From positions 9,713-73,712 of the forward strand of contig CALQSQ010000004.1 of assembly GCA_943333275.1 (NCBI GenBank): a stretch of DNA of 64,000 bases. The letters are read 5' to 3'. Within the stretch, counting starts at the first letter, position 1; each line of letters opens with the position of its first letter. Origin of the DNA: Akkermansia muciniphila. GTDB taxonomy: Bacteria > Verrucomicrobiota > Verrucomicrobiia > Verrucomicrobiales > V1-33. The notes under the pieces were generated by a model. That model did no database searches. It saw only the letters and a list, made by a program, of their open reading frames with translations, and was not told the DNA's origin. Positions 38,874-48,710 of the stretch are shown one piece after another. The position numbers were made by a program, and so were the translations under genes.

Positions 38874-41168
38874 ATGCGTTTGACACTTCCCCTCCCACTG
38901 GCCCTCGGTCTGCTGCAACTCTCGCCCTGCACCCATGCCCAGGATCCCGCGCCCCCCCCTCCCGAGCCCCAGCCCAAAGTTGAAATTCGTCCTGCCGAAC
39001 CTGCCGGTGAAAAACCCAAGCTGCAGATCAGGTCGGCAAATTTTAAAAACCCCAAAGGGAATGCCGTTCCTTCCCTGGGACCCAACGAGCAGAAAATCAT
39101 CGCCACGATGAAGGATATGAGCGTGGAGCAGGTGCGTGAGCTTGCGGAACTCTACAGCCGCGTCGGCAATCCCGTGATGACTGGCATTCTGATCAACGAA
39201 CTCACGCGCCGCGACCCCAAGGATCCCACCATCGAAGCCCTCAGCGACGATCCCGGCGATGGCAGCGCGGAGGATGATTCCGAGGCCACCAAGGCCCAGG
39301 AGTTAATCATGTCCGGCAAAAATGCCGAGGGTGCCGGGCTACTTCAAAAATTGAAGGTGGAGAAATACAAAGGCAGATCATTCCCCTACCTTCAGGACCT
39401 GGCCTACGCCCTGTTGGAAAGCGGTCAGGAGGATGCGGCCAAGGCGGCTTTCAATGAACTCATCCGCAGCACCTCCGCCAAACCGGAGGAAAAGGCGGAT
39501 GCCAGCCGCTCGCTCGCCAGCCTCGCCCTGGAGGCGCTCCAACGAAAGGGACAGGCGGCACTGACCGCTCGTGACGCCCGCCGTGCCCTGCAGGTGGCGG
39601 ACCAGTTGCTGGCCAGAAATCCCCAGGACCCGGATGCCGTGGAACTGAAGGCCAGCGCGCTTTCCATGATGGGAAGAGGCCGGGAGGCCATCGCCTGGCT
39701 GCAGGATCTTAAATTGAAATCGACAAAGGCACCTTTCCCTCATCAGAAGGCCCTCGCAGAAGCCTACATGGACGCCCAATTTCTCGATTCCGCAGAGGAG
39801 GCGTTTCAGGAAATTGTCGATCTTCCGCAGTCCACCAGCGAAGACCGTGCGGAAGCCCGGAGCCGTCTTAAAGCCCTCCGCGTGGATCGATTGATCGCAC
39901 GCGGCGAATCCGCCCTGAACAAAAACAGAATGGCCGAGGCCGAGGCCATCGCCCGGGAACTGGAGGCGGACATTCCCGTCTCTCCGGATGCAAAAGCATT
40001 CCGGGCCGCGATCCTCAACAAGCAGGGCCGTTTCATCGAAGCCGGAGCCCTTCTCGAAGCACTGCGGCAGGCCCAGAATCGTGAGTTCGATGCCAACGCC
40101 GAGCTTGCCAATGCCTACATGAACACCGGCCGCTGGCAGGAGGCCGCGGAACAGTTCGCAATTGTCGAAAACAATCCCAAGAACGACGACCTCAGCAGAT
40201 TCGATGCCGCGAGGTTGCGGCGGGAAATGCTCGCGCGCTACCGCCCCACGATCGGTTCCCATTATGATGCCGAATCAGGCGCCGAGGGAACCGTCTGGCG
40301 GGCTGCCGGCGAGGTTTCATCGGGCATCATTGGCGATGGCAACATGCTGATCGTCCGCACGGAGTGGGATCAGGTTCACCTGGCCGGAGCTCGCGCCATC
40401 GCACGCCAGAATGCGGAGCGTTTCCAGGCGGAACTGGCCTACCGCCGCGTCGTCAGCAGTGGATTTTTTGGCGAAGCGAGCATCGGTGGCAGCGACAATG
40501 ATGTAATTTACGGCGGAAAGGTTGGGAAACTTGAGGGAGATGGGCTGGCTTGGGAACTGAGCTACAAAGCAAACGACCGCGCCACGGATTCCCTGGCTCT
40601 GGAGGCTCTCAATGGGCGGCAAAATACGCTGCAACTTTATCTGGGAACCCACTTCAGCCGCAGGTTCTATCTGGACGCCCGCGCGTTTTTCCGCCAGGTG
40701 CATGTGCAAAATCATGACCTCGGCCAGGGCTGGGGTTTGGACATGAACATCGGCTGCACGCTGGTGGAGGAAACCATGCGGCGGCCGGAATTGCAGATCG
40801 CCTATTTTAATGAGATCAGCTATTTCAACACCCGCCAGTTGCCGGCTGATTTCGTGCAGCGCAACACGAGGCGTGGATTTGCCGGCGACCTAAGCGATCA
40901 ACTCATCGACCGCGGCATCAACCGGCATGGCATCCAGCTCACCCTCTCCAAGCAACTGAACCATCGCGTCAGCGCCTACATCTACGGCGGCGTGAGTTAT
41001 GAATTTGAAATCGGACAGGCGGAGGGGCGCGCCGGAGCAGGCATCGAAGCCTACCTCGCACCCAACACCACCCTGAACATTGGAGTGGACTACACCACCA
41101 GTGGCAACACCGGCAACCAGGGGAGCGACGTCCTCTCCGGAACTATTGGGGTAAAGATGTCCTTCTGA
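38874..41168 (+). CDS. pelB: Secreted TPR plus C-terminal outer-membrane beta-barrel protein (PelB porin-like)
   Basis: Signal peptide MRLTLPLPLALGLLQLSPCTHA. TPR region. C-terminal amphipathic beta-strands ending ...GTIGVKMSF, with the terminal Phe typical of OMP barrels. Same frame as the upstream TPR ORF, separated by a single TGA. Confidence 0.5.
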   Translation: MRLTLPLPLALGLLQLSPCTHAQDPAPPPPEPQPKVEIRPAEPAGEKPKLQIRSANFKNPKGNAVPSLGPNEQKIIATMKDMSVEQVRELAELYSRVGNPVMTGILINELTRRDPKDPTIEALSDDPGDGSAEDDSEATKAQELIMSGKNAEGAGLLQKLKVEKYKGRSFPYLQDLAYALLESGQEDAAKAAFNELIRSTSAKPEEKADASRSLASLALEALQRKGQAALTARDARRALQVADQLLARNPQDPDAVELKASALSMMGRGREAIAWLQDLKLKSTKAPFPHQKALAEAYMDAQFLDSAEEAFQEIVDLPQSTSEDRAEARSRLKALRVDRLIARGESALNKNRMAEAEAIARELEADIPVSPDAKAFRAAILNKQGRFIEAGALLEALRQAQNREFDANAELANAYMNTGRWQEAAEQFAIVENNPKNDDLSRFDAARLRREMLARYRPTIGSHYDAESGAEGTVWRAAGEVSSGIIGDGNMLIVRTEWDQVHLAGARAIARQNAERFQAELAYRRVVSSGFFGEASIGGSDNDVIYGGKVGKLEGDGLAWELSYKANDRATDSLALEALNGRQNTLQLYLGTHFSRRFYLDARAFFRQVHVQNHDLGQGWGLDMNIGCTLVEETMRRPELQIAYFNEISYFNTRQLPADFVQRNTRRGFAGDLSDQLIDRGINRHGIQLTLSKQLNHRVSAYIYGGVSYEFEIGQAEGRAGAGIEAYLAPNTTLNIGVDYTTSGNTGNQGSDVLSGTIGVKMSF

Positions 41169-41267
41169 GATTGGAGTCATTCAATTCTTGACCTCGGAAA
41201 CAAATTTAATGCACGATGGACCATGAAATGCTGCCGTTACGCCGACGGTCCTGCACCCCAAGATTGA

Positions 41268-42638
41268 TTGCTTATGCTAGAAAACACGACCAAAAGTCAG
41301 GGATTCTCCCTGCGAACCACCCACCGTGCCTGGGCGGATTTCCTGATCCTGAGCATCGTCCTGGCGGTCATCAACCTAACTACAGCGGGCATGGCCGACT
41401 GGGGGTGGATGAAATTGAACCCCTCCCCATGGCTGCTGATCCCACTTTTCCTCGGCGCGCGCTACGGCTTTGGCTGGGGCGTCAGTTCGGGATTCATGGT
41501 GGCGGTTTTGATTTATGCCGGCCGCGCCTTTTATACAATCGCGCACGATGATCCGCTCCACCCGATGCCCCTCGGGCAAATTTTCTCGGACAATCTGTAT
41601 TTTTTCCTGATCCTGCCTGGCATTGGTTTCCTGACAGGAGAAACCCAGGGCCTGCTCTCGGGACGACTCAATGCCGCCGAGGCGAGGGTCGCGGAACTCG
41701 ATGATAAACGCGATCAACTGGAGGCGGATCTGGACCTGGCCGAAGAATCGCGTTTTCAACTCCAGGAGAAACTGGCCCTCTACGGTGCCGAACACTCCAG
41801 CCTAGACCGTCAGTTGCGGGCCATGTTTGAGCCAAGCGCCGGGGCCATTTTCCCGAACCTGCTGCGTCTGCTGCGGGACATTTCTTCGGTCACAGACGCC
41901 GCCATTTACGGAGTGAACGGGGAGCAGTTGAAACGCATTGCCCTGCTGGGCTCCGACAGCGTGCTTCCGGAGAGTCTCACGCTCCAGGAAAGTGAAATCA
42001 TCCGCCTCTCCATCGAACGCAAGGCCCTGACAACGATCCGTGAAGTCTGGCAGGAGGCCCCGGAATTCACTTCACCCCACATCGCCGCACTGCCATGGCT
42101 TGGCGGAGGCGGCAAGGTGGCGGCGGTGCTGCTCATTCACCGCATGCACTTTCTTGGCACCAACTGGCGCAATTTCCATCGCATCCAAATGGTCTGCCGC
42201 TGGGTGGCCCGCTACGTTGACCTCCGGGTCCAGGCCAATTCAGCCTCCACGACCGGCGCCGGCAATTCCAGCGCACTGATCACGTCTCCCCGTGCGCTGC
42301 AAGCCACGCTGAATCAGGCTCAGAACGTGCATCGCGAATGGAAACTCCCCTCCACCCTGGCCACTTTCGAATTCACGGAACCCGTCACGGAGCAAATCGC
42401 CGCGCTCCTGCCGCCCGCGGTCGGAAGCGTCATGCGTCCCACGGATGTAGGCAGTCTCGAAGGCCCCCCCACGCAGCCCGTGTTTAAAGTCCTCATGCCC
42501 ATGGAGGGGGTGGATGACGCGGAGAACCTGCTCAATGCCGCCCTGCAGGCCATCGCCAGGGTGCCGCAACTTGCCGGCAACGTCGTGGGAAACCTTGGCA
42601 TGACGGACGAAGGCGATGCCACCGAAGCAAATCTCTGA
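41268..42638 (+). CDS. pelD: PelD-like c-di-GMP receptor (4 TM, then a cytoplasmic GAF/GGDEF-like domain)
   Basis: 456 aa (P. aeruginosa PelD is about 455). Four N-terminal TM helices. Coiled-coil. Cytoplasmic domain with a candidate I-site RxxD (MRPTD). Position between the PelB-like and PelE-like genes. Confidence 0.5.
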   Translation: MLMLENTTKSQGFSLRTTHRAWADFLILSIVLAVINLTTAGMADWGWMKLNPSPWLLIPLFLGARYGFGWGVSSGFMVAVLIYAGRAFYTIAHDDPLHPMPLGQIFSDNLYFFLILPGIGFLTGETQGLLSGRLNAAEARVAELDDKRDQLEADLDLAEESRFQLQEKLALYGAEHSSLDRQLRAMFEPSAGAIFPNLLRLLRDISSVTDAAIYGVNGEQLKRIALLGSDSVLPESLTLQESEIIRLSIERKALTTIREVWQEAPEFTSPHIAALPWLGGGGKVAAVLLIHRMHFLGTNWRNFHRIQMVCRWVARYVDLRVQANSASTTGAGNSSALITSPRALQATLNQAQNVHREWKLPSTLATFEFTEPVTEQIAALLPPAVGSVMRPTDVGSLEGPPTQPVFKVLMPMEGVDDAENLLNAALQAIARVPQLAGNVVGNLGMTDEGDATEANL

Positions 42639-42650
42639 ACTGCCTTCACC

Positions 42651-43676
42651 ATGATTGCCCGCCGCCCCCTCCTGCTTCTCATCCTCCTCACCTCCCTGTT
42701 TCTCATCGAAACCTGGGCTTGGAATCAATTCCGGCAGGTGGATCCCGGCTCGGGTGGAAACCGGAATCTAGCCATCATCGTGCACGTGACGATCAGCGTG
42801 GCTTGCGCCATCGCCGCAAGCCTGTGGCTGAGAAAAGTTCGCGCCTCCACACGACTGACGCTGAGCGTCTGGTTCTTCATCCTGGCCATCATCCTGCCGG
42901 TGGCCGGCGTCCCGGTCGTGGCCATGCTCGCATGGATTCTGGCCTCCCCCGCCGGAGATGGATTGCGCCCGGAAGACCGCTACACCTTTGGCAATCCCCC
43001 CGCCCTCGCCGCCCGCCGCGAGTCACGCAAGCCGCAGGCGGAACTTCGCACGCTTGCCGAGGCCATGCGCTCCTTCTCCGCTCTGGAGCTTGAGAATATG
43101 ATCCATGGTCTGCGGCATCTGCAGCCACCGAGACTGGCCCTGCACTTTCTGCGCCGATTCCAGATCGATCGGAAATCCAATCTCCAATTCGCCGCACAGG
43201 GCGCCATTTCCTCACACCTGGAAACCTTGGAAGCCCAGCTCAAGGCCGTTTCCAGCCGATTGGAAAAAGATCCTCATAACCGCGGGGACCACCTCGCCGC
43301 CGCCGAAATCCTCCTCGACCTCGCGGCATGGACCTAGGAGGGCGATGCCACTGCCCTCGTTTTCCGCACTGATGCCCTCATCCATCTTTCAAAAGTCCCC
43401 GCTGATAACCCCGGGGCCGCCCGGCTTACTGTCCTCGCTCAGCTCGGATTGAGAAATGTCGCAGACTCCTGCGCAAGCCTCGGACGCCTGCAGTCACTCT
43501 CTGGTGAAGCAGAATCGTTTCTCAAAATGCAGGCCGCTTTTCTGGCTGGCGAATACGCGCTGCTGCCGCAGCTTGCGGCTGACGTGTCCCATGCCCCGGA
43601 AGATTACTACGAAAGCATCGGCTTTTGGTCCGGCAAACTCTCCCCACCCAGCGCCCTGCGCGCCAAATCCGCCTGA
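42651..43676 (+). pseudogene. pelE: PelE-like membrane/TPR protein interrupted by an in-frame TAG at 43335-43337
   Basis: Three N-terminal TM helices, then a helical domain. The next ORF (43449-43676) is in the same frame with no other stop. Combined length about 342 aa (PelE is about 330). Without read-through the pelE-pelF gap would be 342 bp in an otherwise tightly packed operon. Confidence 0.5.
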
Positions 43677-43679
43677 TTT

Positions 43680-45287
43680 GTGAAACAACCCTTCGCCTCC
43701 AAACCCGACGTCTGCCTCCTGCTGGAAGGCACCTATCCCTATGTCGCGGGCGGCGTCTCCACATGGGTGCATCAAATCATCAATGCCCTGCCCGAGTTCC
43801 GATTCTCCCTTTTCTTCATCGGATCCGAGAAAGCTTCCAACCTCAAATTTAAATACACGCTCCCCTCCAACATCATCCACGTTGAGGAAATCTACCTTCA
43901 CGAAACCTCAGGCTCCGAAGGCAAATTCGCCACCGCTCCACCGGAGCAATGCCAGCAACTGCTGGCATTGCTCCGCAGCTTTCTCTTTGATCCCCCCATT
44001 GGACCCGCCGAGACCGTCGCCTTCCTCAGCATTTCCAAACTCGTGCTCTCCCTTTCGAAGGTGACCACCTTCAATGCCGTGTGGAACTTCCCCGGCGTCT
44101 GGGACCTCGTCTGCGACATCTACGAGAAGCATGCACCCGAGGAATCGTTCCTCGATTTTTTCTGGGCGGTCCGCTCCCTGTGCGAACCCGCCTGGAAGGT
44201 TATCGCCTCCACCGAGAGCGTGCCCCCCGCTAGGATGTATCACAGCCTTTGCACGGGCTATGCCGGCTTTGCCGCGGGCATCGCCGCCAGCAATTACGAA
44301 TCCTCGTTCCTGCTCAGCGAACACGGCATCTACGTGCGAGAGCGCGTCGCCGAGCTCCAGAAGGCACGCTGGATCAATGATCCCCCCATCATCCGCCCCG
44401 ATCTTTACCGCCATCCCACCACGCTTCGCCGGCTCTGGATTGAATTCTTCAAACTGCTGGGGCGCTTCGCCTACCAGACTGCCAACTACATCACATCCCT
44501 TTTCGAAAACAATGCCATCACCCAGGTCCAGTTTGGAGCGGACCGCCGACGCATCGAAATCATTCCCAACGGAATCCACGTGCCGGATTTCTACCAGCTC
44601 CGTGGCAAGCGCCGCGCCGCGCGGCAGATGAATCCCGTCAGAAAAAATGTGGGCTTTCTCGGACGCGTGGTTCAGATCAAGGATGTCAAAACCCTTCTGA
44701 AATGCGCCCGGCTCGTGGTCAATGCCCTGCCCGACACCCAGTTCCTCATCGCCGGCCCGCTGGACGAGGAGCCTGATTATGCCGCCGAGTGCATGACGCT
44801 CACGGAGCACTTGGGACTCACCGATCACGTCAGCTTTCTCGGTCCGCAAAAAATGGAAAGCCTCATGATCCAGCTCGATGTCATGCTCCTCACCAGCATC
44901 AGCGAAGGCCTGCCCTTCGTGATTCTGGAGAGCTATGCCGCGGGCGTCCCCCTCGTCAGCACGGACGTCGGAGCCTGCCGCGAATTGATCGAGGGCCGCT
45001 CGGATGAACGACCCGCCTACGGCCCAGGCGGCTTTGTAACTCCCGTCGGCAATGCGGAACTCCTCGCCGATGCCCTTGTCCGCATCCTCACTGATCCCCA
45101 ACTCGGAGATCAGATGGGCGAGGCGGGCCGGCTGCGGGTGGAGGCTCACTACGCCCACCACGCCGTGGTGAAACGCTACCGACAGCTCTACCATCTCACC
45201 CCGCAGGATTTCACCAGAACCGGCCTCATCGCCCTTCACAAACAGTCGACCGCAGACAAGCCCAAACAGGAACGGATCGCCAAGTGA
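43680..45287 (+). CDS. pelF: PelF glycosyltransferase (DUF3492 N-domain plus GT4)
   Basis: N-terminus VCLLLEGTYPYVAGGVSTWVHQIINALPEF matches the PelF DUF3492 start. GT4 C-domain (EGLPFVILESYAAGVPLVSTDVG). GTG start one codon after the pelE stop. Confidence 0.8.
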   Translation: MKQPFASKPDVCLLLEGTYPYVAGGVSTWVHQIINALPEFRFSLFFIGSEKASNLKFKYTLPSNIIHVEEIYLHETSGSEGKFATAPPEQCQQLLALLRSFLFDPPIGPAETVAFLSISKLVLSLSKVTTFNAVWNFPGVWDLVCDIYEKHAPEESFLDFFWAVRSLCEPAWKVIASTESVPPARMYHSLCTGYAGFAAGIAASNYESSFLLSEHGIYVRERVAELQKARWINDPPIIRPDLYRHPTTLRRLWIEFFKLLGRFAYQTANYITSLFENNAITQVQFGADRRRIEIIPNGIHVPDFYQLRGKRRAARQMNPVRKNVGFLGRVVQIKDVKTLLKCARLVVNALPDTQFLIAGPLDEEPDYAAECMTLTEHLGLTDHVSFLGPQKMESLMIQLDVMLLTSISEGLPFVILESYAAGVPLVSTDVGACRELIEGRSDERPAYGPGGFVTPVGNAELLADALVRILTDPQLGDQMGEAGRLRVEAHYAHHAVVKRYRQLYHLTPQDFTRTGLIALHKQSTADKPKQERIAK

Positions 45288-45347
45288 TCTGCTGAAAGTT
45301 CCCCGCCCACTTAACGCAATCCCCCACTTCCCAACTCACCAACCCCC

Positions 45348-46724
45348 ATGGCAGGCATCGGATTCGAACTCAGGAAAATCAGTCGCAGTGGATCGCTCGA
45401 AAGCATCGTGCGCAGCTACGCCTATTCCGGCATCATCAGCAGCGGACCATGGATCATTTCCATTCTGTCGCTGGTCTTTCTCACGCGCATCCTGCACACC
45501 TTCATGCCCAAGCAGGCCCTGCAGTTGTTCTCCGCCTCCGTCACCCATTGCTATGCCCTTTCTTTGATTCTGGTGGGCCCGCAGCAGTTGGTGCTCACTC
45601 GGCATGCAGCGGACAAGTTTTTCGACAAGAATCGCGACAGCATTTTCCCATCGTGTTTCGGGGCCATGACGCTCACGGCCGTGCTGTCAGTGGTGGCCGG
45701 TGGAGCCTTTTTCATGACCCTGCATGAAACAACCCTTCTTTACCGGGTCTCCGCCGTGGCCCTGATGGTGGCGGTCTCGTGCATTTTCATCATCTCCAAT
45801 TACCTCACCGCTCTGCGCGACTACAAGAGCGTCGTCTCCAGCTTTGCGGTCGGTTATGCCACGAGTTGTGTGCTGGCCTTTTTAAGCGCGAAATATTTTG
45901 GCGAGGACGTGATCATTCTCGGATTTGCCGCCGGTCACGGTTTCCTGCTGGCCCTGCTGCTGCGTTGTTTGCATCGCGAGTTTGGCACCGGCGGGCACTC
46001 CAGGACGTCCGGACCCTGGGATTTTGCAGGCTATTTCTTTAGGTTTCCCGCGCTGATGCTCTGCGGCCTTTTTTACAATCTCGGAATCTGGGCGGACAAA
46101 CTCATGTTCTGGTGGTTCGCGGAGAGTCGCGAGCAGATCACCGGCCACCTCTACGCCGCACCCGTTTACGACACCGCCATTTACCTCAGTCTCCTGAGCA
46201 TCGTGCCAGGCATGGCGGTTTTCTTTCTCAAACTGGAAACGGAATTTGCCGATCACTACCAGGCCTTCTTCGATTCCATCCAGGATGGGGGTTCCCTCAA
46301 GCAGATCCGCCAGGCGAAACTCACCGTCATCAACACCCTGCGCCGCGGCCTTGCCCAACTCTTCAAGGTGCAATTGTTCACCACCACCTTTCTCGTGGCC
46401 TTCGCCCGACCCATCGCCGAGACCTTCGGCATTGGTGCCACCCAGGCCGGGATTTTCCAAGTCACACTCTTCGGTGCCTTTCTCCTAGTATGCTTCCTGA
46501 GCATGCTCACCGCCCTGTATTATTTTGATGATCAAAAGGGTGCCCTGCTGGCCAGCGCCGTCTTTGCGACCACCAATGCCGGACTCGGATATCTCACCAT
46601 CCGCATTGATGAAGCCTGGTATGGCTATGGATTCGTCGTCGCAGCGGGACTCGGCGTCATGATCGTGGCCAACCGTTTGAATTCGCGCGTGGCCAGACTG
46701 GAGGAAATGGCCTTCCAGCGCTAG
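45348..46724 (+). CDS. pelG: PelG polysaccharide export protein (MOP/PST-like 12-TM)
   Basis: N-terminus MAGIGFELRKISRSGSLESIVRSYAYSGIISSGPWIISIL is near-identical in pattern to Pseudomonas PelG. 458 aa polytopic. Confidence 0.8.
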   Translation: MAGIGFELRKISRSGSLESIVRSYAYSGIISSGPWIISILSLVFLTRILHTFMPKQALQLFSASVTHCYALSLILVGPQQLVLTRHAADKFFDKNRDSIFPSCFGAMTLTAVLSVVAGGAFFMTLHETTLLYRVSAVALMVAVSCIFIISNYLTALRDYKSVVSSFAVGYATSCVLAFLSAKYFGEDVIILGFAAGHGFLLALLLRCLHREFGTGGHSRTSGPWDFAGYFFRFPALMLCGLFYNLGIWADKLMFWWFAESREQITGHLYAAPVYDTAIYLSLLSIVPGMAVFFLKLETEFADHYQAFFDSIQDGGSLKQIRQAKLTVINTLRRGLAQLFKVQLFTTTFLVAFARPIAETFGIGATQAGIFQVTLFGAFLLVCFLSMLTALYYFDDQKGALLASAVFATTNAGLGYLTIRIDEAWYGYGFVVAAGLGVMIVANRLNSRVARLEEMAFQR

Positions 46725-46766
46725 CGAAAAAATCGATCATCAATCTGCAGCGACGACCGCCGCAAG

Positions 46767-48656
46767 CTAAACCTTTGGAAGTTCAATGAATCCTTCCAGG
46801 TGCCGGATCCGGGTGGGGTGGCGCATTTTCCGCAGGGCCTTGGCTTCAATCTGCCGGATGCGCTCACGGGTGACTTGGAATTGTTTACCCACTTCCTCCA
46901 GCGTGCGGCTGTGACCGTCGATTAGACCAAACCGCTGCTCCAGAACCTGACGCTCGCGTTCACTGAGCGTATCCAGCACGCCCTTGATCTTATCCTTCAA
47001 AATATTGAATCCGGTCATTTCCATCGGATTCTCCGCAGACTTGTCTTCGATGAAATCTCCAAAACTCGTTTCATCACCTTCGCCCACTGGCGATTGCAGG
47101 CTGATCGGCTGCTGGGCCATTTTCAGGACGGCCTGCACGCGCTCGACGGGAAGATGAATTTCATCGGCGATCTCCTCGGGGCTGGGTTCACGGCCATATT
47201 CCTGAACCAACTGCTTCTGCACTCGCATCAGCTTGTTGATAGTCTCGATCATGTGCACAGGAATCCGGATCGTCCGGGCCTGGTCAGCGATGCTGCGGGT
47301 GATGGCCTGGCGAATCCACCACGTGGCATAAGTGGAAAACTTGTAACCCCGCTGGTATTCGAACTTCTCCACGGCCTTCATCAGACCGAGGTTGCCCTCC
47401 TGGATGAGATCGAGGAAATTTAGACCGCGGTTGGTGTATTTTTTGGCAATGGAGATGACGAGACGGAGGTTTGCCTCCACCATTTCCTTTTTCGCATTGG
47501 AAGCGCTCCGCAGCACCTTGGTGATCTTTTCATAGGCGGCGGCAAATTCCTCCTCGGAATGCCACAGGTCCCTCTGCAACTGCAGGCGCTCTTCGGCGGC
47601 AGCGCGATCCGTCCGTTCCTTCAGGCCCAGCCAGCGCTGTTGGAAAGCTTCGACTTCGCTTTGAAAATCCTCGAACGTTTGATGCTTGAAATAAAATTTC
47701 CCGATGGTCTTCACCACCGCAGCCTGGGACTTGGTGAATTCCTGGCGCAGGGCCTCCTCCTTGGCAGTATGCCTGGAATCGATCAACCGATTGTAAAGTT
47801 CCTGAGTCGCGGCCACCTGTTCATCAAGCGTGCGCGTCAGTTTGGAGGCGGTCTTGAGGTAGCGTTCGCGGCTTTCCAGATGTTTGTCCTGCACCACCCG
47901 GTCACACCGCTCCTGTCCAGCCACCAACCGCTCCACCAAATTAAGACAAAGCCCGGCCGTGAATCCGAAACGCAGAATCACTTCCTGCACCGTGCTTTCC
48001 GCGATTTCAATCCGCTTGGAAATGTCCACCTCTTGCTCGCGCGTCAGCAGCGGCACCTGGCCCATCTGCTTGAGATACATGCGAACGGGGTCGTCGAAAC
48101 TTTCCATTTTGGAGTCACTCGATGGCCGGTCCATGGCGATCTTGGCGACGCGTGCTGGGACGTTCACCACGGGCCGGACCTTCGCGAGGCGGTCGACCTC
48201 GGAGGCGTCCGTAATTTCGAATTCCATGCCCCGCAGGCGCAGGATGATCTCCTCCATGGTGTCGGGGGAAATATAGCCATCCGGCAGCGCGTCGTTCAAA
48301 TCATCGAAGGTGATGTGGCCCTGTTCCTTGGCGAGGCGGACCAGATCCCGCAGTTTGCTCTGCACTTCGGGTGAATCGATGGAATAAATCTCGCCCTTGA
48401 AAGGTGCATTCACACCCTTGGGGCGGGCATTGTTCTCTAAGGGAGCCGGAAGCTTGCGAGGGCGGCCGCGGCCGCGTTTGACTGGCGGTGCATCAAGGGT
48501 CGTCGCGCCACCATCAACAGGGAGAGAGGGAGAAATCATGGGGGGATGAGGGGAGGTTGTGGGCTTCCTAAGCTTCATTCCTTTACGGCTTGAAGCAACC
48601 ACTTTCTGCGCAGCGGAGGGAGGATGGGGAGGGTGCTTGCGCGGTTTCTGGGCCAT
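46767..48656 (-). CDS. rpoD: RNA polymerase sigma-70 factor
   Basis: Region 2 to 4 motifs ([27 protein letters not shown]; [17 protein letters not shown]). Acidic region 1. 629 aa. Confidence 0.9.
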   Translation of the reverse strand: MAQKPRKHPPHPPSAAQKVVASSRKGMKLRKPTTSPHPPMISPSLPVDGGATTLDAPPVKRGRGRPRKLPAPLENNARPKGVNAPFKGEIYSIDSPEVQSKLRDLVRLAKEQGHITFDDLNDALPDGYISPDTMEEIILRLRGMEFEITDASEVDRLAKVRPVVNVPARVAKIAMDRPSSDSKMESFDDPVRMYLKQMGQVPLLTREQEVDISKRIEIAESTVQEVILRFGFTAGLCLNLVERLVAGQERCDRVVQDKHLESRERYLKTASKLTRTLDEQVAATQELYNRLIDSRHTAKEEALRQEFTKSQAAVVKTIGKFYFKHQTFEDFQSEVEAFQQRWLGLKERTDRAAAEERLQLQRDLWHSEEEFAAAYEKITKVLRSASNAKKEMVEANLRLVISIAKKYTNRGLNFLDLIQEGNLGLMKAVEKFEYQRGYKFSTYATWWIRQAITRSIADQARTIRIPVHMIETINKLMRVQKQLVQEYGREPSPEEIADEIHLPVERVQAVLKMAQQPISLQSPVGEGDETSFGDFIEDKSAENPMEMTGFNILKDKIKGVLDTLSERERQVLEQRFGLIDGHSRTLEEVGKQFQVTRERIRQIEAKALRKMRHPTRIRHLEGFIELPKV

Positions 48657-48710
48657 GGTTTGGAGGCGGAAATCTGACTCGGTTTCCTGACGCGGATCTT
48701 TAGCTTCCGG

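Noticed and set aside
36897-46724. All pel-like ORFs (TPR, porin, pelD, pelE, pelF, pelG) start in the same reading frame modulo 3
   Set aside because: Curious, but most simply coincidence or a consequence of short or absent intergenic spacers. No biological mechanism is implied. Only the junctions with single in-frame stops are reported.
46725-46766. Terminator between convergent pelG and rpoD
   Set aside because: Only an ATCGAT palindrome next to an A6/T6 run. There is no credible stem-loop.
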